64,000 nt of DNA from an uncultured Alphaproteobacteria bacterium (GCA_963806935.1 CAWEAT010000011.1:140347-204346), one strand, 5' to 3'; shown: positions 24,976 to 35,700, counted from the first letter of the stretch. Notes: generated from the letters alone by a model not told the origin. Made by a program: numbers and translations.

Positions 24976-25956
24976 ATGCTCACGCGTCGTCGCGTCCTGA
25001 TCTCCCTTGCCGCGGCTTGCGCCGTGGCGGCGCCGTCCTTCGCTCAGACCGACACAACGCTTCGCCTGGGAGCGATCGGAGGGGGCAGCCCGATGGCCCC
25101 GGACTCCGCATTCGGCAAAATTCTGATCGCCGCCCTCGCGGACCTCGGCTACGAACTCGGCCGCAATCTCACCTTCGAGTCCCGTGGCGCGCTCGCGAAT
25201 GTCGCCAAATTGCCCGGCCTTATCGCCGAATTGACGGCGGCCGGGGCGAGGATCCTGGTCGCATCTGGCTATCCCAGCGCCGCGGCCGCCAAAGCCGCCG
25301 GCGTACCAACTGTGATCTTCCTGGGCGCCGGCGATCCCGTCGCGACCGGCCTCGTGGATAGCTGGGCGCATCCGGGCGGCGTCGTCACCGGCATTTCGGA
25401 CGTTGCCGCCACTCTGACCGTCAAGCGGCTCGAACTTCTGAAGGCCGTTTCGCCGCAACTGAAGCGGGTGGCGATGCTTTGGAACGCGCAGGATCGCGCC
25501 ATGACTTTGCGCTACGAGGCGTCGGCCGCGACGGCGAAAATGCAGGGGATCGTGGTGCAGGCGCTCGGCGTCCGGGAGCCCAACGACTTCAACGCGGCCT
25601 TTGCGGCGATGGACAGCGACAAACCGGACGCGATCCTGATGGTCGCCGATTTGCTGACGGTTCTCAACCGCAAGCGCGTGTTCGACTACGCGCTGGCCCG
25701 ACGGCTACCGGCAATCTACGAGCTTGACAGTTTCGCCAGGGAAGGCGGGCTCATGTCCTATGGCGCCGACCTCCACGAATCCCTGACGCGCGCGGCCTCG
25801 ATGGTCGATCGCATCTTCAAGGGGACGCGGCCCGGCGACATACCTTTCGAGACGCCGACGCGATATCTTTTCGTCATCAATCTGAAGACCGCGAGGGCAA
25901 TGGGTCTCGAACCTACCATGGACTTGCTTGGGCTGGCTGACGATGTGATCGAGTGA
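24976..25956 (+). CDS. ABC_sub_bind solute-binding protein 4
   Basis: MLTRRRVL leader, GDPVATGLVDSWAHPGGVVTG, GGLMSYG, INLKTARAMGL, ADDVIE*. Confidence 0.85.
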   Translation: MLTRRRVLISLAAACAVAAPSFAQTDTTLRLGAIGGGSPMAPDSAFGKILIAALADLGYELGRNLTFESRGALANVAKLPGLIAELTAAGARILVASGYPSAAAAKAAGVPTVIFLGAGDPVATGLVDSWAHPGGVVTGISDVAATLTVKRLELLKAVSPQLKRVAMLWNAQDRAMTLRYEASAATAKMQGIVVQALGVREPNDFNAAFAAMDSDKPDAILMVADLLTVLNRKRVFDYALARRLPAIYELDSFAREGGLMSYGADLHESLTRAASMVDRIFKGTRPGDIPFETPTRYLFVINLKTARAMGLEPTMDLLGLADDVIE

Positions 25957-26049
25957 CGGCCAGGCAGCCAACACCGCTCGTCTCGGGGATTGGGCATGCC
26001 CCGATCCCGCCTTGCCAATTTCGGAGGTCTGTCGCAGTTTCGCCTGCGC

Positions 26050-26105
26050 AGTTGGCGTGACGATCCCGCGGCGATCCGGGTGAGGCCGAAGACGTGATCG
26101 AGTGA
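26050..26105 (+). pseudogene. Second C-terminal solute-binding-protein remnant
   Basis: With one indel reads GVTIPAAI.GEAEDVIE*, overlapping the kinase start. Confidence 0.5.
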
Positions 26106-29100
26106 CCATACGAGGCGCAATCCGCTCGTCGGACCCGGACGTAGCGCTTGATGCGGCGGCTGAGGCCCGCAAATCGACGCCGCGCCGGGCGTTGCGCGTT
26201 CCGCTGGCGGCGAAACTGGCCGCGGCGCTGGTCGGACTGGTCGGCCTCGTTCTTCTGGTCAACGGCGCCGTCAACACCTGGCTGAACTACAATCAGGCCA
26301 AGGACGCAGCCCTCGAGGTTCAAGAGGAAAAGGCCCGATCCGCGGCGGTTCGCGTCGGCGAATTTCTGGCCGACATCGAGACGCAGCTCGGCTTTACCAC
26401 CGGCGCCGAATGGCGCTTCGCCAAGCCCGATCAGCAGCGCTATGATTTCGTCCGGCTCTTGCGGCAGGTCCCGGCGATCACCGAGCTTTCCTATCTCGAC
26501 GGCCAGGGCAAGGAGCAGCTGAAGGTTTCGCGCCTCGAACCGGACTCGGTCGGGAGCGGCAAGGATTTTTCAACTGACCCGCGCTTCACGCAAGCCGTGT
26601 CCGACAAGATCTGGTTCGGTCCGGTCGAATTCCGCCGCGGCTCCGAGCCCTATATGACGATCGCGCTCGCCCATGTCGGCAAGAACTCCGGCGTGACCGT
26701 CGCCGACGTGAACCTGAAGCTCATCTGGGACGTCATCAGCGCCATCCGCGTCGGCGACAAAGGCTACGCCTTCGTCGTCGACGGCAAGGGCCGGCTCATC
26801 GCCCATCCGGATTTGAGCCTCGTTCTGCGCGACACGGATTTCTCCGAGCTTCCGCAGGTCCGGCAGGCGCTCGACGCCAACGCCCGCGCGGAGCCCGGCG
26901 CCGCCGCGACCCCGGGGCCCAGCGTCGGCGCGGCCGAGATCGCGACCGCTTTCGACGGGGGTAAGGTCCTAACCGCTTACGCGGTCGCGCCGCGCACGCA
27001 CTGGATCGTCTTCGTGCAGCAGCCGCTCTCCGAGGCGCTGGCTTCCGTCTATACGTCCCTGCTCCAGACCACCCGCGCCAGATAAGGGTGCGTCAGGGCC
27101 TCGCTCTCGTCGCCGTAGAGGAGGATGATGTCGCCGGCTTCGGCCTGAGCTTTGCGCAGTTGAAGGCGCAGTCCCACGCGTTCGATCTCGGCGGCAATCT
27201 GGCGGCCTTTCAGCGTGTGCCGGGGCCGCCGCCAGCGGAAGTTTTTTTTCGCAACGCCTTGGACAACTGCGACTTGCCGATCTTGACGCCCTCGCGCGCC
27301 TCGATCTCGGCCATGAGGCGCGGGATCGTCCAGTTGGGCCGGTCGGCGACGGGAGCTTCGAGCAGAGGCGCGACGACACGCAGCGCGGCTTCGGTCTTTA
27401 CCGGTGGCGGGCCGAGCGCCACGGTCGCCTTCAACGCCTCGACACCGCCGCGCGTGAACTCGCTGCGCCAAAGACGCACCGTGTCTTCGCGCACGCTGAA
27501 GGCTTCCGCAATGCGCGGGCTGGTCCATCCCGACAACGTCAGCAATATCGCCCGCGCCCGATCAGCCTCGCCCCGTGGCCCTGCTCGGCCTTGGCCTGCT
27601 GCTGGCGCTCACCGCCGGCGGACTCCTGGCGCGGCGGATGGTGGTGCCGATCCGCCGCCTGCAACAAGGCGCCGAAAAACTCGGGGCCGGCGATCTCGCC
27701 CAGCGCCTCGACATTCACACCGGTGACGAGATCGAGACGCTGGCCGACCGCTTCAACCAGATGGCGGGCCGAATCCAGGAGAGCTACGAAACCCTCGAAG
27801 CCAAGGTCGAGGCGCGCACGCGCGATCTCAACGAAGCGCTGCAACAGCAGACCGCGACCGCCGAGGTGCTGAAAGTCATCAGCGGCTCGGCGTTCGACCT
27901 GCAGCCGGTGTTCGATGCGCTCGTGTCCTCGGCGGTCGAGCTCTGCAATGCCCGTAGCGGGCTCATCTGCATCCGCGACGGCGAGGTCTTCCGCTATCGG
28001 GGCAGCGCCGGCGCGGGGCAAACCGAGTCCCTGATGACATATCTCGAGCACCATCCGGCGACGCCGGGGCGAGGCACGATCGCCGGCCGGGTGATGCTGT
28101 CGGGCCGGATCGAAGCCATTCCCGATCGCCTCGAAGACGCGGAATTCGCCGTGCCGCTGTCCTCCCTCGGCAATGAGGCGCGCGCCCTGCTCGGCGTGCC
28201 GCTCCTGCGAAACGACGCGGTCGAGGGCGTCCTCATCGTGTCGCGTCTGGAGCCGGGTCATTTCGCGCCGCGGCAGATCGAAGTCTTGCAAACCTTCGCC
28301 GATCAAGCCGTCATCGCGATCGAAAACGCCCGGCTGTTCGAGGAAGTGCAGGCGCGCACGCACGAACTCGCCGCAATCGCTCGACGATCTGCGCAAGGCC
28401 CAGGACCGGTTGATCCAGTCGGAGAAAGCTCGCCTCGCTCGGCCAGCTCACCGCCGGCATCGCCCACGAGATCAAGAACCCGCTCAATTTCGTCAACAAT
28501 TTCTCGGCGCTGTCGCGCGAGCTGATCGACGAGCTTCGCGAGCTCATCGCCAAGGCGCCGCTCGACGAGGCCGACCGCGACGAGGCGCAAGAGCTGATCG
28601 GCATGGTCGACGCCAATCTCGACAAGGTCGAAACCCACGGCAAGCGCGCCGACTCGATCGTCAAGAACATGCTGCTCCATTCGCGCGAGGGCTCCGGCGA
28701 GCGGACGCGCGTCAACGTCAACGCGATGGTCGAGGAGGCGCTGAACCTCGCCTATCACGGCGCGCGGGCCGAGAAGCCGGGCTTCAAGGTGACGATCGAA
28801 AAATCGCTCGATCCCGATGCGGGCAGCGTCGATCTCTACGCGCAGGAGATGACGCGCGTGCTCCTGAACCTGATTTCCAACGGCTTCTACGCGACGACCA
28901 AGCGCGCGCAGGGCGAGCCGGACGGGACTTACGAGCCCACCCTCGCCGCCTCGACGCGCAATCTGGGCGATCGCGTCGAAATCGCGCATTCAGGACAACG
29001 GAACCGGAATTCCCGACGAGGTGAAGGCGAAGATCTTCAACCCGTTCTTCACCACCAAGCCCGCCGGCGAGGGCACCGGGCTCGGCCTTTCGCTGAGCTA

Positions 29101-29227
29101 CGACATCGTCGTCAAGCAGCATGGCGGGACGCTGGAGGTCTCGACCGAGCCCGGCGCCTTCACCCGCTTCGCCATCGTCCTGCCGCGCGCCGGCCAGGCC
29201 CAGGCCAAGAATGGGGGTCAAAGTTGA
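26102..29227 (+). pseudogene. Cache-HAMP-GAF sensor histidine kinase, interrupted by an IS630 fragment plus further frameshifts
   Basis: TM-Cache (YLDGQGKEQLKVSR, FVVDGKGRLIAHPD)-TM-HAMP (GDEIETLADRFN)-GAF-HisKA (GIAHEIKNPLNF)-HATPase ([20 protein letters not shown]). Confidence 0.85.
27071..27574 (-). mobile_element. Internal fragment of an IS630-family transposase, no terminal repeats
   Basis: GEADRARAILL.LSGWTSPRIAEAF...NWTIPRL...KKK slippery A-run...RWRRPRHTLKG...YGDESEALTHPYLARV. Confidence 0.85.
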
Positions 29228-29613
29228 GCGTCCTGGTTCTGGTGGTCGACGACGAGCCCGACGTCGAGGCGCTGTTTCGCCAGCATTTCCGTCGGGATCT
29301 GCGTTCCGGGCGCTTGCGGATGGAGTTTGCGATGTCCGCGGCGGATGCGCTCGCACAAGTCGCGCGCGCATCGGAAAGCTCGCTGATCCTTATCCTCTCC
29401 GACATCAACATGCCGGGCATGACCGGGCTCGAAATGCTGCCGAAAGTGAAGGCGTTGCGACCCGAAGTGCCCGTCATCATGATCACCGCCTACGGCGATC
29501 CCGAGACCAAGCGCCGGGCGATCGAAGGCGGGGCCGACGGGCTGCTGACCAAGCCGATCGACTTTGCGACGCTGAGGGGAGAAATCGACCGGCGGCTGGA
29601 GCAGACGGCGTGA
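29224..29613 (+). CDS. Single-domain response regulator
   Basis: [28 protein letters not shown]; TTG start overlaps the kinase stop. Confidence 0.85.
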   Translation: MSVLVLVVDDEPDVEALFRQHFRRDLRSGRLRMEFAMSAADALAQVARASESSLILILSDINMPGMTGLEMLPKVKALRPEVPVIMITAYGDPETKRRAIEGGADGLLTKPIDFATLRGEIDRRLEQTA

Positions 29614-30119
29614 CGAATGAACGCGGCTCTGGTCGCGAGGTCAGTCAGATCAAAAGCCGTTTGCGCCGTAGAGGCGACGGCACAATGTGCAATTACTTCG
29701 GATGAATGCCGCGCTTCGGTCGAACTGACGCGTTCGATTGTCATTTCGGGAACGGCCGCTCCTGTGCAGGTTTTTGGACGCCGGCGGGGCCGATCTCTGC
29801 GGGCGCTCGGACGGCCGGCGTCCAAAAAGCGCCAGGGCACGAAGTCGCGGTCAGCCGGGGCGGCGGCTGGGAGTCGAGCGCTATGGGGATTTCAGGGTGG
29901 CGGCGCATTCGTTGAAGGCGGGACACCGGGGCGACGCGACCCGAATGCCTGCATGTGGCGGCGGGCGAGGGAGAGGAAGAAGCGTTCCGGCAGGGTCTGA
30001 GGGGTATCGACGGGCGCCTGGCGGATGGATTGCCCGGAATCGGGTCGAGAGGGATCGCCGCCGGCGTGGAGCCAGTGCAAGGGAACGGCAAAGCGGCGGC
30101 GCTGACAGGCGGGTCTGGC

Positions 30120-31331
30120 TCATGACGTGTCGTTTGTGCCCGGCGTCGGCCGCCACCTCGGCTCGCAGCCGCGCGCGAAGACCTCGATGACGATCATGCG
30201 GGCGCCGCAGCGCGGGCATGGGCAGGGCGCCGCGCGCGGCGCGTCCGGCGTGACGTCCGGCTGCGGTTGCGGGTCGGCGGCGGGCGGGTCGGCGCCGAGC
30301 AGCGCGCGGGCGGTCGCGATGTTCTCGGCTCGCTTGGCGTTGGCGAAGAGCCCGTAATGGCGGATGCGGTGGAAGCCCCTGGGCAGCACGTGCAGGAGAA
30401 AGCGCCGGATGAACTCGTGGGGATGAAGCCGCATCGTCTTCCAGCGGTCCGGCCCGGCGATGCGAGTATCCTTCCAGCGGAACGCGACGCCGGCGTCGTC
30501 GGCCGCGACGATGCGGCGGTTCGAGATCGCGACCCGGTGGGTGTAGCGGGAGAGATAGCGCAGCACCTGCTTGGGCCCGGCGAACGGCGCCTTGCAGTAG
30601 ACGACCCACCTGATGCGCCGCAGCGGGGCGATGAAGCGCTTGAACGCGGTCTTGTCGGCGAGCCCGGCGTGCGCGTTGAAGAACGTCAACCGGCCGGCGT
30701 CGTGGGCGTCCGCGAGCATCGCCAGCATCCTGCCGCTGAACAGGCGCGCCAGCAGGTTGACGTGCACGAGGAAGTCGGAGCGGCAGGCGACCCATCGCGA
30801 CCCGTCGGGCGACAACCCTCCGCCGGGCACGATCATGTGCACGTGCGGATGATGGGTGAGGGTCGAGCCCCAGGTGTGCAGCACGGCGGTGACGCCGATC
30901 CTGGCGCCGAGGCGCCTGGGATTGGCGGCGATGGCGAGCGTCGCCTCGGCCGCCGCCTTCATCAGGAGGTCGTAGATCACTCGTTTATTCTGCCAGGCGA
31001 TGTCGCGCAGCTTGCCCGGCAGCGTGTAGACGACGTGAAAGTACGGGACCGGCAGCAGCTCCGCTTCCCGGTCGGCCAGCCATCGGCGCGACGCCGCAGC
31101 CTGACACTTCGGGCAATGCCGATTCCGGCACGAGTTGTAGGCGACGTGCGTGTGGCCGCACGCCGCGTTCTCGCAGCGCGCCACGTGGCCGCCGAGCGCC
31201 GCCGTGCGGCAGCGCTCGATTGCGCTCATCGCCTTGAGCTGGTCGAGGCTCGCGTGACCGCGGTTGGCCTCGCGCCAGGCGGGACCGTGCTCGCGGAAGA
31301 TGTCCGCGAGCTCCAGAACGGGCCGAACCAT
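30120..31331 (-). CDS. IS91-family (Zn-binding + Y2/HUH) transposase
   Basis: YNSCRNRHCPKCQ, HTWG...HPHVH HUH motif, YLSRY Y2 motif, GFHRIRHYG. Confidence 0.9.
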   Translation of the reverse strand: MVRPVLELADIFREHGPAWREANRGHASLDQLKAMSAIERCRTAALGGHVARCENAACGHTHVAYNSCRNRHCPKCQAAASRRWLADREAELLPVPYFHVVYTLPGKLRDIAWQNKRVIYDLLMKAAAEATLAIAANPRRLGARIGVTAVLHTWGSTLTHHPHVHMIVPGGGLSPDGSRWVACRSDFLVHVNLLARLFSGRMLAMLADAHDAGRLTFFNAHAGLADKTAFKRFIAPLRRIRWVVYCKAPFAGPKQVLRYLSRYTHRVAISNRRIVAADDAGVAFRWKDTRIAGPDRWKTMRLHPHEFIRRFLLHVLPRGFHRIRHYGLFANAKRAENIATARALLGADPPAADPQPQPDVTPDAPRAAPCPCPRCGARMIVIEVFARGCEPRWRPTPGTNDTS

Positions 31332-31342
31332 GACCGGCGGCG

Positions 31343-32263
31343 CTATCGCGCCGGCGGCTTCTCGAGGTTCCGCGTGGCCTGCCTGTGGCGCGGCGTGATC
31401 AGGCGCGCGATCGGGCTCTCGACCTTGGCGATGAGGCCCGTCGCCACGCGGGTGTAGCGCGCCGTCGTGTCCAGCTTCTCGTGTCCGAGCAACGCCTGGA
31501 TCAGGCGAATATCCTTGCCGTCCTCGAGCAGGTGGGTCGCGAAGGAATGACGCAGCGAATGAAGGGAGACCGCCTTGCGCAGCCCCGCCGCTTTCGTCGC
31601 GTCCTTGAACAGCCGGCCGAACTGGCGCGTCGTCAGATGACCGGCGCGACCGGGAAAAAGCCAGCGCTGTTGCGGCGTCACGCCGGCGTCACGCCGTTTC
31701 GGCCGCGCCTTCCACCATTGTCGCAGCAGGTCGAGGATCTCGGGCGGAAGCATCACGTTCCGGTCCTTGCGGCCTTTCGACTGCACGACGCGAATGATCA
31801 TCTGGTCGCTGTCGATGTCGCACACCCGCAGCCGCGTCACCTCGCTGGCCCGCAGCCCGCAGCCATACGCGACCGACAGCATCGCCCGCGCCTTGAGGCT
31901 CGTCGCCATGGTCAGGACGCGCCTGATCTCCTCGGGGCTCAGCACCGGCGGCAGCTTCAGCGGCTCCTTCATGTGCCAGATCTCGGCCGCCAGGTCGTGG
32001 CGGCGCAGCGTGACCCGGAACAGGAAGCGCACCCCGGTCACGATCCGGTTGCGGTTGCAGATGCTCGCGCCGCTCTCGACGAGGTGCAGTTGGAAGAGGC
32101 GCACCTCGTCCGCCGTCGCCGTGTCCGGCGAACGCCCGAGCCAGGCGGCGAACCGCTTGCAGCTGGAAAGGTGGCCGCGTTGCGTGTGCGGGTCGAGCTT
32201 GCGCGCGGCCATGTCGTCGATCATACGCTGACGCAGTGGGCTGACAGTGTCGGTCTTGCTCAT
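31343..32263 (-). CDS. Tyrosine recombinase (XerC/D-like, SAM-like N-terminus)
   Basis: YGCGLRASEV, KGRKDR, HSLRHSFATHLLE, LGH, TTARYT. Confidence 0.9.
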   Translation of the reverse strand: MSKTDTVSPLRQRMIDDMAARKLDPHTQRGHLSSCKRFAAWLGRSPDTATADEVRLFQLHLVESGASICNRNRIVTGVRFLFRVTLRRHDLAAEIWHMKEPLKLPPVLSPEEIRRVLTMATSLKARAMLSVAYGCGLRASEVTRLRVCDIDSDQMIIRVVQSKGRKDRNVMLPPEILDLLRQWWKARPKRRDAGVTPQQRWLFPGRAGHLTTRQFGRLFKDATKAAGLRKAVSLHSLRHSFATHLLEDGKDIRLIQALLGHEKLDTTARYTRVATGLIAKVESPIARLITPRHRQATRNLEKPPAR

Positions 32264-32769
32264 GGAGAGCTCCATCCTGAGTGAGGTTCGCAACGCCTCG
32301 ATCTCAGGACGGGGCTCTCCGTAGCGCCATCGCTATTCTATCCGCCTGCTACCCAGCCTCCCGGCTCACGCCACCCCGCGCAGCGGGGCCGGAGCGGAGC
32401 GACTTCGTGCTTTGTGCAGGTTTTTGGACGCCGGCGGGGCCGATCTCTGCGGGCGCTCGGACGGCCGGCGTCCAAAAAGCGCCAGGGCACGAAGTCGCGG
32501 TCAGCCGGGGCGGCGGCTGGGAGTCGAGCGCTATGGGGATTTCAGGGTGGCGGCGCATTCGTTGAAGGCGGGACACCGGGGCGACGCGACCCGAATGCCT
32601 GCATGTGGCGGCGGGCGAGGGAGAGGAAGAAGCGTTCCGGCAGGGTCTGAGGGGTATCGACGGGCGCCTGGCGGATGGATTGCCCGGAATCGGGTCGAGA
32701 GGGATCGCCGCCGGCGTGGAGCCAGTGCAAGGGAACGGCAAAGCGGCGGCGCTGACAGGCGGGTCTGGC

Positions 32770-33981
32770 TCATGACGTGTCGTTTGTGCCCGGCGTCGGC
32801 CGCCACCTCGGCTCGCAGCCGCGCGCGAAGACCTCGATGACGATCATGCGGGCGCCGCAGCGCGGGCATGGGCAGGGCGCCGCGCGCGGCGCGTCCGGCG
32901 TGACGTCCGGCTGCGGTTGCGGGTCGGCGGCGGGCGGGTCGGCGCCGAGCAGCGCGCGGGCGGTCGCGATGTTCTCGGCTCGCTTGGCGTTGGCGAAGAG
33001 CCCGTAATGGCGGATGCGGTGGAAGCCCCTGGGCAGCACGTGCAGGAGAAAGCGCCGGATGAACTCGTGGGGATGAAGCCGCATCGTCTTCCAGCGGTCC
33101 GGCCCGGCGATGCGAGTATCCTTCCAGCGGAACGCGACGCCGGCGTCGTCGGCCGCGACGATGCGGCGGTTCGAGATCGCGACCCGGTGGGTGTAGCGGG
33201 AGAGATAGCGCAGCACCTGCTTGGGCCCGGCGAACGGCGCCTTGCAGTAGACGACCCACCTGATGCGCCGCAGCGGGGCGATGAAGCGCTTGAACGCGGT
33301 CTTGTCGGCGAGCCCGGCGTGCGCGTTGAAGAACGTCAACCGGCCGGCGTCGTGGGCGTCCGCGAGCATCGCCAGCATCCTGCCGCTGAACAGGCGCGCC
33401 AGCAGGTTGACGTGCACGAGGAAGTCGGAGCGGCAGGCGACCCATCGCGACCCGTCGGGCGACAACCCTCCGCCGGGCACGATCATGTGCACGTGCGGAT
33501 GATGGGTGAGGGTCGAGCCCCAGGTGTGCAGCACGGCGGTGACGCCGATCCTGGCGCCGAGGCGCCTGGGATTGGCGGCGATGGCGAGCGTCGCCTCGGC
33601 CGCCGCCTTCATCAGGAGGTCGTAGATCACTCGTTTATTCTGCCAGGCGATGTCGCGCAGCTTGCCCGGCAGCGTGTAGACGACGTGAAAGTACGGGACC
33701 GGCAGCAGCTCCGCTTCCCGGTCGGCCAGCCATCGGCGCGACGCCGCAGCCTGACACTTCGGGCAATGCCGATTCCGGCACGAGTTGTAGGCGACGTGCG
33801 TGTGGCCGCACGCCGCGTTCTCGCAGCGCGCCACGTGGCCGCCGAGCGCCGCCGTGCGGCAGCGCTCGATTGCGCTCATCGCCTTGAGCTGGTCGAGGCT
33901 CGCGTGACCGCGGTTGGCCTCGCGCCAGGCGGGACCGTGCTCGCGGAAGATGTCCGCGAGCTCCAGAACGGGCCGAACCAT
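32770..33981 (-). CDS. IS91-family transposase, copy 2
   Basis: Protein identical to 30120-31331. Confidence 0.9.
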   Translation of the reverse strand: MVRPVLELADIFREHGPAWREANRGHASLDQLKAMSAIERCRTAALGGHVARCENAACGHTHVAYNSCRNRHCPKCQAAASRRWLADREAELLPVPYFHVVYTLPGKLRDIAWQNKRVIYDLLMKAAAEATLAIAANPRRLGARIGVTAVLHTWGSTLTHHPHVHMIVPGGGLSPDGSRWVACRSDFLVHVNLLARLFSGRMLAMLADAHDAGRLTFFNAHAGLADKTAFKRFIAPLRRIRWVVYCKAPFAGPKQVLRYLSRYTHRVAISNRRIVAADDAGVAFRWKDTRIAGPDRWKTMRLHPHEFIRRFLLHVLPRGFHRIRHYGLFANAKRAENIATARALLGADPPAADPQPQPDVTPDAPRAAPCPCPRCGARMIVIEVFARGCEPRWRPTPGTNDTS

Positions 33982-33992
33982 GACCGGCGGCG

Positions 33993-34913
33993 CTATCGCG
34001 CCGGCGGCTTCTCGAGGTTCCGCGTGGCCTGCCTGTGGCGCGGCGTGATCAGGCGCGCGATCGGGCTCTCGACCTTGGCGATGAGGCCCGTCGCCACGCG
34101 GGTGTAGCGCGCCGTCGTGTCCAGCTTCTCGTGTCCGAGCAACGCCTGGATCAGGCGAATATCCTTGCCGTCCTCGAGCAGGTGGGTCGCGAAGGAATGA
34201 CGCAGCGAATGAAGGGAGACCGCCTTGCGCAGCCCCGCCGCTTTCGTCGCGTCCTTGAACAGCCGGCCGAACTGGCGCGTCGTCAGATGACCGGCGCGAC
34301 CGGGAAAAAGCCAGCGCTGTTGCGGCGTCACGCCGGCGTCACGCCGTTTCGGCCGCGCCTTCCACCATTGTCGCAGCAGGTCGAGGATCTCGGGCGGAAG
34401 CATCACGTTCCGGTCCTTGCGGCCTTTCGACTGCACGACGCGAATGATCATCTGGTCGCTGTCGATGTCGCACACCCGCAGCCGCGTCACCTCGCTGGCC
34501 CGCAGCCCGCAGCCATACGCGACCGACAGCATCGCCCGCGCCTTGAGGCTCGTCGCCATGGTCAGGACGCGCCTGATCTCCTCGGGGCTCAGCACCGGCG
34601 GCAGCTTCAGCGGCTCCTTCATGTGCCAGATCTCGGCCGCCAGGTCGTGGCGGCGCAGCGTGACCCGGAACAGGAAGCGCACCCCGGTCACGATCCGGTT
34701 GCGGTTGCAGATGCTCGCGCCGCTCTCGACGAGGTGCAGTTGGAAGAGGCGCACCTCGTCCGCCGTCGCCGTGTCCGGCGAACGCCCGAGCCAGGCGGCG
34801 AACCGCTTGCAGCTGGAAAGGTGGCCGCGTTGCGTGTGCGGGTCGAGCTTGCGCGCGGCCATGTCGTCGATCATACGCTGACGCAGTGGGCTGACAGTGT
34901 CGGTCTTGCTCAT
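33993..34913 (-). CDS. Tyrosine recombinase, copy 2
   Basis: Protein identical to 31343-32263. Confidence 0.9.
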   Translation of the reverse strand: MSKTDTVSPLRQRMIDDMAARKLDPHTQRGHLSSCKRFAAWLGRSPDTATADEVRLFQLHLVESGASICNRNRIVTGVRFLFRVTLRRHDLAAEIWHMKEPLKLPPVLSPEEIRRVLTMATSLKARAMLSVAYGCGLRASEVTRLRVCDIDSDQMIIRVVQSKGRKDRNVMLPPEILDLLRQWWKARPKRRDAGVTPQQRWLFPGRAGHLTTRQFGRLFKDATKAAGLRKAVSLHSLRHSFATHLLEDGKDIRLIQALLGHEKLDTTARYTRVATGLIAKVESPIARLITPRHRQATRNLEKPPAR

Positions 34914-35199
34914 GGAGAGCTCCATCCTGAGTGAGGTTCGCAACGCCTCGATCTCAGGACGGGGCTCTCCGTAGCGCCATCGCTATTCTATCCGCCTGCT
35001 ACCCAGCCTCCCGGCTCACGCCACCCCGCGCAGCGGGGCCGGAGCGGAGCGACTTCGTGCTTTGGCGCAACGGACGCCTTGAGCCGAAGTCCGCTTTGTT
35101 GCGCATCCCTTCCGTTGCAGGGACGGGCTGGATCGTCTGCAAACGGACGGGCTGGATCGTGTGCAAAGTGTGGAACTTTCGCGTTGGACGCTGGGCCAA

Positions 35200-35700
35200 C
35201 GAATGACCGGTTCAGTTCTATCTAATCGACATCCATGACAAAGACGGCAATGCCTTCGATGGCGATAGCACCTACCGCTTGACCGTTCCTGCCAACGTGC
35301 CGGTCCAGCAATATTGGTCAGTGACAGCCTACGATCGCGAGACGCATGCTCTCATCCGCAACATGCCGCGCGCGAGTCGGTCCTCGCAGATTGCCGAGAT
35401 GGCGAAGAACGCTGACGGCTCCGTTGATATCTGTTTTGGACCGAAGGCGCCCCACGGCAAAGAGGCCAATTGGGTGCCGACCGACGCGGCGCGGAGGTTC
35501 GAATTGATGTTCGGGCTTCGCGGCCGACTAAAGCGCTCTCCGACAAAGCGTGGAAGTTGCCGGATGTTGAGAAGATCGCCGATGTCTCACCGACGACAGA
35601 TGCCCTTCCGGACGCCGCAGTACCCGTCACCGCCGATAACTTCCCCCGTGCCGAAAGCGACCTCTACTTCTCCATCATCGCGAAGCGCGGAGGCCTCGAT
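35200..35700 (+). pseudogene. Remnants of DUF1214 (C-terminus) and DUF1254 (N-terminus) genes
   Basis: YRLTVPANVPVQQYWSVTAYD...NADGSVDI.FGP.AP.GKEANWVPT; then VPVTADNFPRAESDLYF. Confidence 0.65.

Larger units (their letters stand above)
29763..32412 (-). mobile_element. Tyrosine-recombinase + IS91-type transposase element, copy 1 (2650 bp)
   Basis: Unit from TGTGCAGG to GACTTCGTGCTT, repeated immediately at +2650. Confidence 0.9.
32413..35062 (-). mobile_element. Tyrosine-recombinase + IS91-type transposase element, copy 2
   Basis: Direct tandem repeat of 29763-32412 with identical translated ORFs. Confidence 0.9.

Noticed and set aside
21962-26105. CRISPR-like or attC-like repeat array from the GTGATCGAATGA motif
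   Set aside because: The repeats are coding ends about 1 kb apart, not short-spacer repeats; no cas genes or integron integrase, and no attC palindromes recognised
28603-29613. Hybrid kinase-receiver fusion
   Set aside because: Produced by a frameshift near 28990; the true kinase C-terminus is in another frame and ends at 29227, overlapping the receiver start
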